The notes beneath the pieces are model-generated. The model worked only from the letters and a program-made list of their open reading frames with translations, did no database searches and was not told the DNA's origin. A stretch of 64,000 nt of DNA from Mantamonas sphyraenae STR306 (taxonomy: Eukaryota > Protista > CRuMs): the NCBI GenBank assembly GCA_026936335.1, contig JAPMXV010000042.1, positions 248,001 through 312,000 of the forward strand, given 5' to 3'. How positions within the stretch are numbered: position 1 is the stretch's first letter; every line of letters begins with the position of its first letter. Of this stretch, positions 1-11,963 are shown one piece after another. Position numbers and translations under genes: made by a program.

Positions 1-118
1 TGGCATGTGTGTGGTTGCAGTGTCTGGGGATGATTGCGAGAGGAGGGCGGTCATGGGCAGAGGGAGCAGGGTGTGCGTGTGGCATGTGCACTGACAGGCG
101 TTTTGGCGCGTTGTACAG

Positions 119-376
119 GATGAGCGGCAAGGCAGCAGCAAAGCAGGCGTCGGGCTTCATGGCCAACTACCACCGTCAGTACATCGCCACTGGCTCGGGC
201 ATGCCCGTGTGGCATGTGATGGGCATTGTGGCACCCATTGGCTACGCCGTCAAGATGACCCGCAAGCGTAAGTGGTGGGAGGAGGAGGAAACAGGGCGTG
301 CATTGGCTTCTCCACCGGCTCGTTTCCACGCGCCGACCCTCTTGCGCACACAGCACACGCTGCGACGCAATGGTGA
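119..376 (+). CDS. Probable mitochondrial F1Fo ATP synthase subunit f-like protein (2 exons seen: 119-267, 354-376; may have an upstream exon outside the window)
   Basis: NYHRQYIATGSGMPVWHVMGIVAPIGYAV resembles the fungal/plant subunit f core (Y..KY....S..P.WH......GY). Acceptor TACAG at 118 with CTGAC at 91, donor GTAAGT at 268, acceptor CAG at 353; the spliced product ends ...TRKPHAATQW*. Confidence 0.55.
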
Positions 377-682
377 TGGCAGGAAAGGGGTGGGTGGGTG
401 TGGCCGCCATGTACATATGTGACTACGTGTGTAGCATGCGGTGGGGATGGTGTGTGTGTGTACAAGAGGCTAGAGAAGGCGTGGCAACTGACCCAATCCG
501 CGCTCGGAAATCGCCCCGTCGCCCCGTTGACACCACGTTGACCGATTGCAGCCTCCAACAGCGAACACCACTGATGGCGAAGCAGGATAGGATGGCGTAT
601 GCGCCTTGATTTGGAGAGATTTGCAAAGAATGAATCGCGCACTTGCGCTTACGTCACCAAGTGTGTGTGGAGAGAGAGTGAG

Positions 683-3600
683 ATGCCGGCGAAGCGAGTG
701 AAGCGGCAGCGGAAGAAGGCCAAGTTGATGGCCCAGCAACGACGTGACCAGCTTCAAGGTGATGCCCACAATGTGTCTGTTGGCACGCTGCTGCGTTCAT
801 CGGTTGTGGACGACGGATTTGTGGCTGGAGCGGCCTCGTCGTCTTCGTCGTCGTCTTCGTCGTCGTCGTCGTCGTCGTCCGGCTCGCTGTCCAGCAGCAT
901 CGAGCACAAGGTGCGCGTTCAGAAAGGGGAAAATGACAAAAGCGGGGACAAAATGGACGGGGTGGCGAAGGAACTGGATGTGCGCACGCTGTTGCGTGGC
1001 CTGGACTCGCAGGACGAAGAGGTTGTGCTGAACAGTAGGTTTCGGAGCGGCGGCTACCAGCAGAGACACAGACATTTGGACACTGACACATGCAAACCCT
1101 ACCTCCCCCCCCCCAACTCCACCCCGGGTTACATTTGTCTTTGGGCACTCTCTTTCAGACGTGCGGCTGTTTCGACGCCGTCTGCAGCTGGAAGAGCACC
1201 TGCTGCAACCCGACACGGACTCGCGTGAGGTGGTCTCGTCGACGTTTCTGTTTGACTTTCTCAAGGCAAGCCCCACGGCCACCGAAGTGTTTCGTGTGTG
1301 GAAAGTGCAATTTGAGCAGGTGAGTGGCACTGTGAGAGTGCAGCGTGTGAGCTCCAGGGGGTCGTCCAAGGGCCCCGCAAGTCCGCGAGGCTGTTCGCAT
1401 TCCCGATTCTGACACGTCGTTCGCCACACAGACGCCGACAAGCAAGTTGGGCGTGGCCGTGGTGGACCTCATGGGCGCATTGCTGCAACGAGCATGTACG
1501 TCGACGCTCAAGACGAATGGGGCGACGATTGGCCAAAAGGTGGTGCGCAACTGCATGCCTTTGCTGCACACTGGAGTGGCTGCCAAGAGCAGGGCGTTGC
1601 AGGCGTCAACATTGCGGCTGATGGCAGCTGTGGTGGCTCGTGGCTCCTCCTTGGCACGCGAGCTCCTGGCGGGGTTTGACTTTCAAAGCAAGGCGTTTGC
1701 CAACCTGGTGCAGCGCCGCGGCGCAGTTCGCCGGAAGCCAGACTACAACGACCCGCGTGCAGCGTACACACAGCTGGTGGTGGCTCTGTTGAACACGCCT
1801 AACGACGGAGTGGTACGCAGTGTTCTGGCTGTGCGTGGTCTCGTGTACAACCTGTTCCATGCCCTGGCCGCCGATCCTTTCTACCTGATCGAACCCCTGT
1901 TGAGCAGCATCCGACGCTGTGTGGTGGACAACGGCTCGCTGCAACGCCACGAAAAGGTGAATCTGCTCAATGACCACGCCCTGGAGTGCATTGCTTCGCT
2001 GTACACGGCGTCGCCCGTGGATGACCCTGCCGGCGAGCGCCTGGTGCCCTTTCTGCAATCCTTCTGCGGTCATGTGCTGTGCACATCGAACCCGGGCCTG
2101 GTGTTTCCCGACGATGAATGGAGTGCAGCGCACTCTGTGCTGCTGTCAAAGAGCGGAGCCGCAGGCAGCTTTCGCAACAAGCACCTGCTGCACTTTGTCC
2201 TGGCTCTGAATCCCAGTGACGACGTGGAGCAACACCGCAGCATAGTGCGTGTGCTTCAAGCATGTCCCTCGCTGGTTCCTGCGTACTGGCTGGCTCGTGC
2301 GGGTTCGCTGGAAGCGCAACCCAGCATTACGATGCGTTGGATGGCCAACATGACGCTCCTGAGCGAGCTCAGCGCATTGCCCGTGCTTCCCATGGACGCA
2401 GGTGTGGAATTGGATCTGCTTGTCGGATCTGTGCTCCCACCGGGGGTCATCAGCAAGCAGGCATGGAGCCAGGGCCTGCAGCATAGCAGCCAACTTGTGC
2501 GCATGGTCACCGCGCAGGCGCTGCTGGCCGTTCTGGACCGTTTGCGACGCACTCTGGCAACTTTCGACACTGTCCATGGCGGCAAACAGGCGCGCAAGAG
2601 CCAGCTGCGATACAATCTGTGTGCGACGCTGAAGAAGAATCTTCCAGACTTGTCGCTCGTCATGAGCATGCGCGGCAGTGTGGCAGGCAACGAGGCAACC
2701 AAAGCAACGGGCAAGGACAAAGGAAAGAAGAAAAGGAAAGGGTCGAAGAAGGGCATGGAGGTGTACAACGACAGTGATGACGAGGCTGATCACCAGGACG
2801 ACGACGGCATGGATACAGAGTCTGCACAGGGGCAGAACGAAAGGGTTTCGCAGCTGCTGTTGCTGCGAGTGTACAAACTGCTTGTGAGCTACCAACAGCA
2901 CTTTCCAGAAGCATACCTGGAGATCAAGTTCAACGTGGCCAAGCTGCTGGATGAGAGCGAGTGGGCCGCGTTGAGTCCTGCTTGCCGCATGCAGGTGTTG
3001 GAGCTGCTGGGAGGCTTCCTGCACGTCAAATGGTGGCATAGCAAGGAGAAAGGCCAAAGCAAGCTGCAGATGCTACTGCACCAGTTGCTGGACGTGCGCC
3101 ACACGCATCTGCGGGTGCGTTCTGCAATCCGCAGGCTGCTTGCCAAGATCATGAGCCAGAGCATGCTGTTTGTGGGCTGCCATCATGAGATTCCTGTGTG
3201 GTTGGATACGCTGAGTGAACCTAGCGTGGGCTTGTTTGTACAGTGCATGGAGCAGGAGACCGCTGCAGAACAGCTCGCGTACGAGGCGTCCGCAGCTACT
3301 GATGGCAGCACAAGCAACTCTATGGAGACAGAAGGAAGAGTAACCAGCATGCACAACGACGAAGCCACCAGCGTCATGCTACAGCTTGCCGTGCGCGAAC
3401 ACGTACAACGATGCAAACGGGCGGTGGGAGGCAAACACAGCGCCACAAGCGGCCACATGCAGGCTTTGGAGACAGAGTGCATGCACAATGCTGCCTTGGT
3501 CAACGCAGTGCTTCGCCATCTGGTGCGCGTGCATCCGTCGCCAGCCGTGCTGTATCGCGTGTTGAGCTTTGTGCGCCGCGAGTATGCAGTGCGTGTGCGC

Positions 3601-6600
3601 CAGGATGTGCTGACGGTGTCGCCTGCCAGCACCGCCATGACTGCGTTTCTGTGTTGCGTGCGTCCTGCTCCGCCAGGGGCCGAAGAGGCTGAGGCGGCAG
3701 AGGATGCAGAGGAGGAAGGAGACAGCGGCAGTGAGGGCGATCCCAGCGACAGCGAAAGCGACGATGGGGCGAACAAGGGAGCCACCCGGTATGTGATCGA
3801 TGCAATGGGGCTGTGGACGGTGTATGCGCTGATGCAACGGGTGGAGGACGGCGTACCGGCCGACGAGACGTGGCACGCAAAGGAGGACGTGTACGCACGT
3901 CTGTACAAACAAAGCGGTGCCAGCAAGAAGCTTCTGAAGAAGGAAGTGGACGCGTGGGAAACCGGCGGTGGCTCGTCATCGCAGGCGGCGGCCGCGCAAC
4001 TGCTGTGCCTGACAATGTCTTTGAACTGGAAGCATTTTGCAAGCGTGCTTCCGCGTCTCGTGGCCCTGGAATCCACACACGTGGACGCGTGTGTGCTTGC
4101 TGCTTTGCACATGCATGTGCACGAGCACAGTGTGCTGGACCTTCAGGAGGTGCAGGAGGGACAGGTGTCGCCTCGGCTGCCGTTTCACGACCTGTTGGAA
4201 CAGTGCAGTGTGCGTGCGCAAGTGCTGGCTGACGTGCACATGCGCAAGCGATTGTGGCGCATGGTTTGTCGGATGGACGGCGATGCACAGCTGTATGCAG
4301 CGTCACACGTGGTCAACGCATGGGCGGCCTCGCGCGCCTCATCTGTGGCCGCCTACGCGCTGCTAGAGCTGTGCGTAGACATGATCCGACGGGCACCGTC
4401 GCAAGACGCGGGCTTGCGTGTGCTTCAGGCTGTGGTGAGCCACCCGGAGGTGCAGGCTGTGGCCAGTAGCACGCGCACATCAGACGCTGCACGTGCCCTG
4501 GGTTTGGCCAACATGCTGCAAGCGGCCATGGCCTGGCAAGACGGCGGTATGCATCGCAACGACACGAGCACTGGCACAGGTGCACGCGAGAGCCACACGA
4601 GCAAGGGGGCGGTGAATCGACGCGTGACGTCGCTTGTGGATTCCCTCACCAGCTCGTTGGTTGCGCGTCTCCTGCAGTCACTGCGTGGGGACAGCAGGAA
4701 ACGCAACGTCGTTGAATCCACAGGCGTCGCTACGAGCGACCTGCTTGGCTGCCTTGCGCACATTCTGCCGTGGGCGTCGGCCAATGCGGTGCAACGGTCG
4801 CTGGACGAGCTGCTGGACGTGCCAGAGAGTATGTACGAGGACGAGGCGGTGGCCACCGTGTTGGTGCGCATGATTGCATTGCAAGTGCAGCAGCAATCAC
4901 CGTCGCAAGCAGACACCGAACAAGGCGACGCAACACAAGCAGCGCGTGTGTTTGCTCTGGCCCGTCTGTGCGATTTGCCCTCCTTGGACACGTTGTTGCT
5001 CTCGCTGCTGTCTCAGGGCTCGCTCAGTGTGGCGCAGAGCCGTGCCATCGAACAGCAGTTGGATACGTCGCTGCTGCGTGCACTGCTGTATCGTGGCGAC
5101 GCCGTGCAGCGCACACGTGTCGTGGTGCGCCTTCTTGGCCTCGTACCCTCGGTGACCGACGAGCTTGTGCGTGTTCTGGGTGGCAAGGCCGACGGCGCGT
5201 TGGACTCTGCCCGTGCAGTGGCCCTTGTGCCCGTGGCCACCTGGCTGGCGACACTGCCTCCGTCCAATGGTCGCACCAGAGCTCTCGAAGCACTGACGCA
5301 ACCGCTGGTCGATGCGCTGGCTCAGGAAGACGGCGGTGGAAACGACACGCTGACGACTGCAACAGAGCTGGGCCGTGCGTTGCAACGTGCCTTGAAGGCC
5401 GATGCGCTCAGCGAGGCGCAGAGCGCACGCGTAAACGAATGGCTGCTGCACGCTGACGTGGAAGAGGACGAGTATGCGCTGGCGGTGGCCATGACCCTGT
5501 TGGACACGCCACGCATTGGCTTTGGCGCTCGTATGAATTTGCTGGCTCGAGCATTGGCCAGTCGCGTGCCACGTGTGCGCCGCCTCCATCCTCGCCTGCT
5601 TCTTCTGCTCGCCAACAAGGACGAATCGCAACAGAATGGACGTGTAAAGCAGCAGCAGCAGACACCAGAACAGCAAGACGAGGGCGACGACGCTCCCCTG
5701 CTGGCGGGCGTGCTGTATGCTCTCAAGCAGCTGCTCCGCGATGGCAACAACCTCTTTGAAGATGCAACTCGGATGGAAGCAGCAGCGGCTGCGTTGCGAC
5801 ACATGCGCGGCTGTTCGGCGTCACTGCTCAAGGCAGAGGAGGCAAACGTGGCCCGACGTGTGCTGTCCATGGTGGACCTGCTTGTGCCGGAGCAGAGGGT
5901 AAGCAGCAACGCAGGGTTGGCATCTGTGTACGCCAGTATGGATGATCGGCGACGCAGTGCGGTGCTTTCATGTCTGGAGGCGCTGATGGCTTTGCCGCTG
6001 GCACGTGAAGATGTTCACGTGCTCAGCATGGCGTTGCTGCATGTGTACCGTGCCACGATGCAGGAAGCGGATCAGCGCATCCTGGCGCTGCTGGTGGGAG
6101 CTGACGAGAGGCACAAATCGGTGACGCTGAACGCGTCGCTGTTTGGCAGTTCCATGCAACGGCAGCAAGAAATCAGGCGCATGCAGGCCACCATGATTAT
6201 GGCCACGCCGTACAGTTTGTTTACCGCTGTGCTGCCGCGCAAACGCCTGCGTGACACTGCGGCGCACTTTCCGGCTGCGCTGCCTCTGCAAGTGGGCAGT
6301 GAGCCTGTACAGGTGGATGCCGACCAAGGCCAGAGCAGCGAGCATTTTGACGTGCGATACGTGCTGCCGCTGCTCTTGCACGCGCTGCAAACGTCCGACT
6401 GTGATTGCAAACACTTTGTGGATAGCGGCGCGTTGCAGCTGGTACTCATGGGCATGGGATCTCAAGACGAGGAGATGCGTGCAGTGGCGTACGAGGCCGT
6501 GGGTGTATTCATGGACATGGTGCAGGGTGCAGAGTTCCGAGAGAGGGCGCAGGTGTTGATGGTGTTGACACATCTGCGAGATGCCATCACACGCGAGTTT

Positions 6601-8103
6601 GAACAGATCCCTATGCTTGTGTGTGCCTTTGTGGCCAAGGCTGTGACTGTGATGTTCTACGAGTCGTCACCCAACTATCCACTGATCAACCGCTACATCC
6701 TGGACAGGCCCATGCTCGATTTGGCGTATGCGCCCATGTTTTACGTCTTTTTCAACAGCAGTCGCACACAGCATTGGCAAGACCGACGCTGGATGTTGCA
6801 TTTGCTCCAGGAGGGCCTGCACACAGAGGAGGACTACGTGATGGCCAAGCGGCAGCACGTACTGGACATCCTGCTCACGTACTACAGCAGCGAACTTGCC
6901 GATGGCGCGTGTCGCACACTGGTGTGGCGCATTGTTTCCCAGTGCAGCGGCCTTCCCGAAGCCTGCGTGGATCTGTTTGAAAACGTGGATCTGCTCAACT
7001 GGATGCGTGCCACGCTGCTGGACGGCGGCCTGGACGACGTACAGCTGGCTCTGTGCGCACGCATCATGCACAACGGCTGCACACACGCGCTGTCCAAGCC
7101 CTGGATGAAACACTTTGCCGCAGAAATGGTGCTTGTGTGTGACACCGCCCTCAGTACCACGCCGACCAAGTCTGCTTTTGCAGCGTCCTTGGTACGTGTG
7201 CTGCTTGAGTGCATGGAGTATGCTTCGCTGTCATCTTCACAGCTCTTAGTGCTGCCCGAGACGACCCTTGCGGTGCTGCAGCAGCGAGCCTCGACTGAAC
7301 ACGACGCCGACGCACTCTCACTGTTGGCTCTCCATTCCTTGCAGCTTACTCGCCGCTGCGTGGCCTCCAGCACGCCCTTTGTGCTTCAGCGCAGAGCACA
7401 GGAGCATGTGGGGTCCGTGCTGCACCTGGCCAGCCAACCAGGTCCAAGTGGGTCCACTCGCGCGGCGGTGGGCGTGCAGTGTGTGCGACGTGTGCTGTCT
7501 GACACCTATACACCTCCTTGGCTGTTGCTGGGTGGTGTACGTGGACGTGCGCTGCTTGAGCATGTCCTGGATTTGCACATCCACCTGGCGCAAACACTGG
7601 ACTCGGATCTTGATCTCGACGCTTATGCCCGTCTGTGGGTCCCATCCACTGTCAACCTGCTTCACATTGCAGTTCTCAGTGCCACCGGGCGGTCGGCACC
7701 GTTGAGAGCTCTCGCTCCGGGCGCCGCTGCTGCTCTACAGGCGCTTGAGCAGCACATGGACGCAATTCCGCACCCGCATGACGTGGACACATGGCTACGA
7801 CGCACTCAACAGCCTGCCCAATCGGTCCCTGCCTGTCTCGCGGTGACCCAGGCCTTGCAGGACGTGTTCATCACCGCAGGCGGCGACGAGGAGCGCGAGG
7901 ACCACGGTCAGAGTACGGAGTCAAACAAGGGAAACAACAACGCCAAGAAGGAGAGCAAGAAGGAGAGCAAGAAGGAGAGCAAGAAGGAGAGCAAGAAGGA
8001 GAGCAAGAAGGAGAGCAAGAAGGGAGCAAGAAGGAGAGCAAGAAGGAGAGCAAGAAGGGGAGCAAGAAGGAGAAAGGAAGGGCAAGGAGAAAGGAATGAG
8101 TGA
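683..8103 (+). CDS. URB1: Nucleolar pre-ribosomal-associated protein 1 (Npa1/URB1); exons 683-1034, 1159-1319, 1432-~8100
   Basis: About 2,390 aa helical protein. N-terminal Npa1-like segment (ARELLAGFDF...PRAAYTQLVVALL) and C-terminal NopRA1-like segment (YPLINRYILDRPMLDL..PMFY.FFNS...WQDRRWMLHLLQEGL.T.EDY). Introns GTAGGT...TTTCAG (1035-1158) and GTGAGT...CACAG (1320-1431) restore the frame. The stop is 8099 or 8103 depending on an indel in the tail repeat. Confidence 0.85.
7945..8072 (+). repeat. 12-bp tandem repeat (AAGAAGGAGAGC)n encoding KKES in the URB1 tail
   Basis: About 10 units; one unit near 8017-8027 is 11 bp and shifts the frame. Confidence 0.9.
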
Positions 8104-8148
8104 TGGAATACACTCTGTACAGCGCCACAAATGGTCACAGCGACCGCA

Positions 8149-9408
8149 TCATCGCTTCTTGTATAGACACGGCTGGAGGGAAAACGCTTCGGCCTTGGCG
8201 GTGTCGCCGAGTTCCCGCTCCGTCTTTTGGAACTCAAACACCAGAAACATCTTGTTGGTGTCGTCTCCACCCACATAGCGGAAGCCCAAGGCCTCGACGG
8301 CGTCGATAAAGTCTTGGTAGTTGTTGTCGAAACGGGATTCGATTTCCGCCACTTTGAGGATGCCGTCGACGACCATCACACGGTGGGCTTCGCGCAGAAA
8401 GTCTGCCAGATTGGTGCCCATGAGTGAAAGACAAAACACAGCCACGTCTACGGTTTCACTGGCAAGGGGCGTGTGAGCAATGTCGCACACAGTGACGTGC
8501 TCATTGATGGGCGCAAGGTCGAAGGAGTAGACTTTCAGGCGGTGCCCCAGAAACTGGGCAATCTTGGCGTCGCCACAACCAAAGTCGGCCACACGGACAC
8601 CTGGCTCGAGGAAGCTGAGATCCGAAAGGATGAGGTCGACCGGATTCACGGGCCACTTCTCCACCTGCGAGCGGAAGCCCTCGTGGTAGGTTTCATACAG
8701 CGACGCATCCTTCTGGAAGGCTCGAAAGGCGCTCTGACTGTCGTTTGTGTACAGCTGTTCGTTGAGAAGACGAAACTTGCTGCCCTTGAGTTTCTTCAGC
8801 ATCTTCTCCCGCAGCGTGCGAGGTCCTGCCTTCTTTCCCGTGTCCGAGGTGCGGCTGGGGGCAGACGAGGAGCCAGTGCCACTGCTACTGCCCTCTTCTG
8901 TGCTCTTGCCGTTCTTCTTTGGCTTCGATGCCTTGTGCTTGTCTTTCGACGCAGCGGCCTTGCGCTTCTGTGCTTCCTTCTGTTCAATAAAGGTGCGCAG
9001 CCGATTCAGACGCTCATTCTTTTTCTTCTTCTGTGCGGCGCGCTTGCCTAGATTGCGTGCCTTTGTGGGTGTTTCCTCCTGTGCACCCTGGTCGGGTTGA
9101 ACGCGTTGTTTCTTGGACGAATGCACCTGCTCGTCAGCCTGCAGTTCCCGTTTGCGGCCCTTGGTGTTGCCTGCCCCCTCGTTTGCTTTGCTATTAGGCT
9201 TGGATGCACTTTTGGCCTTTGCCTTGCCCTTGTCCTTGGCCGTGCCAACACTTGCGTTCTGCGCTTTCGCGGACTTTGCCTGGGCTCCCGCAGCCTTGGC
9301 CGCCTTCTTGCCACCTTTGGCATCTTTTGCAACAGCCTGGGGCGATGACTTGGTCTGCATGGGCGCTTTGCCGCGTTTTTCTGCCTGCTGGCGCTTGCTG
9401 CGGCCCAT
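8149..9408 (-). CDS. RRP8: rRNA adenine-N1 methyltransferase RRP8 (nucleomethylin), intronless
   Basis: Motifs LKGSKFRLLNEQLYT, YHEGFRSQVEKWPVNP, VADFGCGDA, FCLSLMGTN and C-terminal LQPCLYKKR. Lys-rich N-terminus starts MGRSKRQQ at 9408. Confidence 0.95.
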   Translation of the reverse strand: MGRSKRQQAEKRGKAPMQTKSSPQAVAKDAKGGKKAAKAAGAQAKSAKAQNASVGTAKDKGKAKAKSASKPNSKANEGAGNTKGRKRELQADEQVHSSKKQRVQPDQGAQEETPTKARNLGKRAAQKKKKNERLNRLRTFIEQKEAQKRKAAASKDKHKASKPKKNGKSTEEGSSSGTGSSSAPSRTSDTGKKAGPRTLREKMLKKLKGSKFRLLNEQLYTNDSQSAFRAFQKDASLYETYHEGFRSQVEKWPVNPVDLILSDLSFLEPGVRVADFGCGDAKIAQFLGHRLKVYSFDLAPINEHVTVCDIAHTPLASETVDVAVFCLSLMGTNLADFLREAHRVMVVDGILKVAEIESRFDNNYQDFIDAVEALGFRYVGGDDTNKMFLVFEFQKTERELGDTAKAEAFSLQPCLYKKR

Positions 9409-9463
9409 GGAGCAAGAAAAGTGCAAAGTTGTGGTGTTTGAGTTGGCCGCAAGTGGGCAAGGA

Positions 9464-10048
9464 ATGTTTGCACGGATCCGAGTATCCACAGGTTCACGCG
9501 CAACCGTAGGAGCAGTGGTGCATCAGCAGCAGATGGCTGCCATGGCCGGTGGTCGCGCAGAAACGACGCCTTGGCCTGTGGCTGTCCGTGTGCGGAACAA
9601 GGGCAAGGTACAGCGGCACGAGGCGGTGGTTGGGTGCGACCAACGACCCACGGAAGAAAGGAACACCAGTTGCACGACCCAACACTCACACTCACACGTG
9701 CGCAACAAACCCTCGCCGCCTTAGACTCTGGCGGTGGAGTTTGACGACAGCCCGACCGAGCACTCGCTGAGCGCAGAATACCTGCGTGTGCACAGCCCCG
9801 CGGCTGGAGAGCGGGACCGAGTGGTGGCTGCACGACGGCACGTGGGAATCCTCAAGGTGGAGCCCGTGGGAGACTATGCACTGCGATTGGTGTTTGACGA
9901 TCTGCACGATTCGGGTCTGTATTCGTGGTCGCTGCTACACCGGCTGGCGGTAGAAAAATGGCCCATGATGCGGCGGTATGTGCGTGCATTGAGGCAAAAG
10001 GGCCTGTCACGCGATCCGCGGCGCAGCAAAGGCGCGAGATTGACCTGA
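9464..10048 (+). CDS. Stand-alone DUF971 / GBBH-like N-terminal domain protein with putative mitochondrial presequence; exons 9464-9607, 9725-10048
   Basis: LAVEFDD....SLSAEYLRVHSPAA...VEPVGDYALRLVFDDLHDSGLYSW..L is the DUF971 signature. Intron GTACAG...CTTAG (9608-9724) is in phase. The N-terminus MFARIRVSTGSRATV is Arg/Ser-rich and lacks acidic residues. Confidence 0.8.
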
Positions 10049-10083
10049 CCAGGGCGAAGAAATCCAGTGGAAAGAAGATCTGA

Positions 10084-10545
10084 TCACGCTTCTTGCTCCG
10101 CCGTCTTGGCCTCGTCCTCGTCGTCGCCTGTGCCCTTTTCCAGGAGTTCGAGCACGACTCCATAATACTCATCGTACTCCTTGTAGCAGTCGCGCATGGC
10201 CAGGAAGAGATCGCCACACTCCTCGGGCACTTCTTCGCCTTGCGAATGCGGCTCGACGCACTGCGTGTTGAACGCCAGGTACTCCTTGCCACAGGGACCT
10301 GTGCGCATGTATCTACAAAGGGGACATTCGTTGGGGTCCTCCTCCTCTTCCGCATCGCCTGTGGCTGCATGCTCGCCTGCAGCGTGCGATTCCGCCGCCG
10401 TACTTTCCGGCACCACGGCTGTTGCAAGCCCCACACCAGCTTGCTTGTCACTTTGGCCACCCATGCTTGCATTTCCTGTACTCGTCACGGTGGCCCCCGC
10501 CGCGCCCGTGTTTCCTGTGCTGTTGCTGCTGCTGCTGTTGCCCAT
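10084..10545 (-). CDS. GCK-domain (Mia40/CHCH-related) small Cys protein
   Basis: ECPLCRYMRTGPCGKEYLAFNTQCVE...ECGDLFLAMRDCYKEYDEYY matches the GCK pattern (CxxC followed by twin CX9-10C). Starts MGNSSS, an N-myristoylation-type motif. Confidence 0.7.
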   Translation of the reverse strand: MGNSSSSNSTGNTGAAGATVTSTGNASMGGQSDKQAGVGLATAVVPESTAAESHAAGEHAATGDAEEEEDPNECPLCRYMRTGPCGKEYLAFNTQCVEPHSQGEEVPEECGDLFLAMRDCYKEYDEYYGVVLELLEKGTGDDEDEAKTAEQEA

Positions 10546-10723
10546 GCTCGTGTGTTTCTGCTGTCGCTCTGAGCGCGTGTGTCCCTGCGTCCACGCCCCC
10601 AAATGCATGCGTGCTCTGGTCCGCACCGGTGGATGCTCACTTGTGAGAGTCGCTCTGTGACGCCCATGGCGGTGGCGGACTCGCAACGCGCCACCGCGCA
10701 CATTGCAATTGTTGAAACACACC

Positions 10724-11881
10724 ATGACTTCGTTTGATGGAGCTTCGGTTCGGTGAGTCGTTCCTGTTGTGGAGAGTGGCAAAGAAGCATCGGCTGGTGA
10801 CAGTGTGGGAGTGTGATCGATTGACACGCGTGCGCGGCTGGCCGAGATCAGCCTCACAGTCTCGTCGTCCGTTCTTAGCGGCGCACACCTTTTGCAGAAG
10901 CAGCAAAACTTTGCATTGAACATGACCATTGACCAAGTCAAGGTAAGGGCAAGCGTGTGTGATCGTGCGTGTTGCCTGCTGCACCCCACAGCCGTTCCAA
11001 CGGCACTGACCACGTGATCGCGTGCGTTTTTGGCGCCAACGACCGGATTTTCGCGGTTCCGGCCTCTGGTGCGGCGTGTGATCTCTACCCTCACAGGACA
11101 AGGTGACCATGGTGATTGGCACTGCGCCCGAGCATCAGAAGCTGCAGCTGTTTGATCAGAACGACCAGCTGATGGCCAACATGGACAACGATTCCGCGCT
11201 GCTGGGCGCGTACTATCCGCAAGACAACTTTCGCATCCATGTAAGTTGACACAGGAGCAGTGAGGTCGTCCACGTACTGACGCTTGCATGTCTGTACATT
11301 CGACCCACCTTTAGTGTATCGATGTGGATCCATACAACACAGTGGCGGCACTGCAGGATGTGTCGCAGATCGAAAAGTACGTGATGAGCGACGAGGACTA
11401 CGACAAGCGCGAGGGCACGTACCGCGAATACAAGCGCAAACAGGAGGAGGCTCGTCTGGAACGCGTGGCCGCAGGCCTGGAGGAGGACATTGTGGAGGAG
11501 GAGGAACAGGATTTGAGCGAGGTGTACACCGAGGGAGCTCGCTGCCGTGTGGAGGATGGGCGCCGCGGCACCGTGCGCTACTACGGCACGGTTAAGTTTG
11601 CAGAGGGCTTTTGGGTGGGAGTGGAGTTTGACGAGCCGACGGGCAAGAACGACGGCTCGGTGAAAGGGGAACGCTACTTTGAATGCTACCCCAAGTACGG
11701 CGGCTTCTTGAAGCAGACACGCGTCGAGGTGGGCGACTTTCCTTCGTTTGAGGACGAGCTGGACGAAGAGTTGGACCTGGAGGAGTACTGCAAGTCGGAT
11801 GACGACGAGGACAACGACGCAAAGGAGGCTGACGAGGACAAGGCACAGGAGGCACAGGATGGCACCGAGGACGAGATTTAA
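10724..11881 (+). CDS. TBCB: Tubulin-folding cofactor B (Ubl + CAP-Gly); exons 10724-10752, ~10879(or 10860)-10942, 11097-11240, 11315-11881
   Basis: Ubl segment NMTIDQVKDKVTMVIGTAPEHQKLQL...LGAYYPQDNFRIH, linker KYVMSDEDYDKR, and CAP-Gly GTVRYYG..FAEGFWVGVEFDEPTGKNDGSVKGERYF. Donors are GTGAGT, GTAAGG and GTAAGT; the exon 2 acceptor is ambiguous. Confidence 0.93.
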
Positions 11882-11963
11882 GGGTGTGGAAACAGAGGAA
11901 AGGAAATGGAGGATTGGGTTGAGTAGCGGTGTGCGCTAGTTCACCCACCACATTCCCCACACA

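Noticed and set aside
8017-8103. Arg-rich ARRRARRR C-terminus of URB1
   Set aside because: It arises from one 11-bp unit in the 12-bp repeat; the alternative frame continues KKES and stops at 8099. Likely an indel artefact.
10860-10878. In-frame TAG in TBCB exon 2 suggesting stop-codon reassignment
   Set aside because: Using the TTCTTAG acceptor at 10878, or removing one T, restores the frame. TAG serves as a normal stop for TOM40 and the orphan gene.
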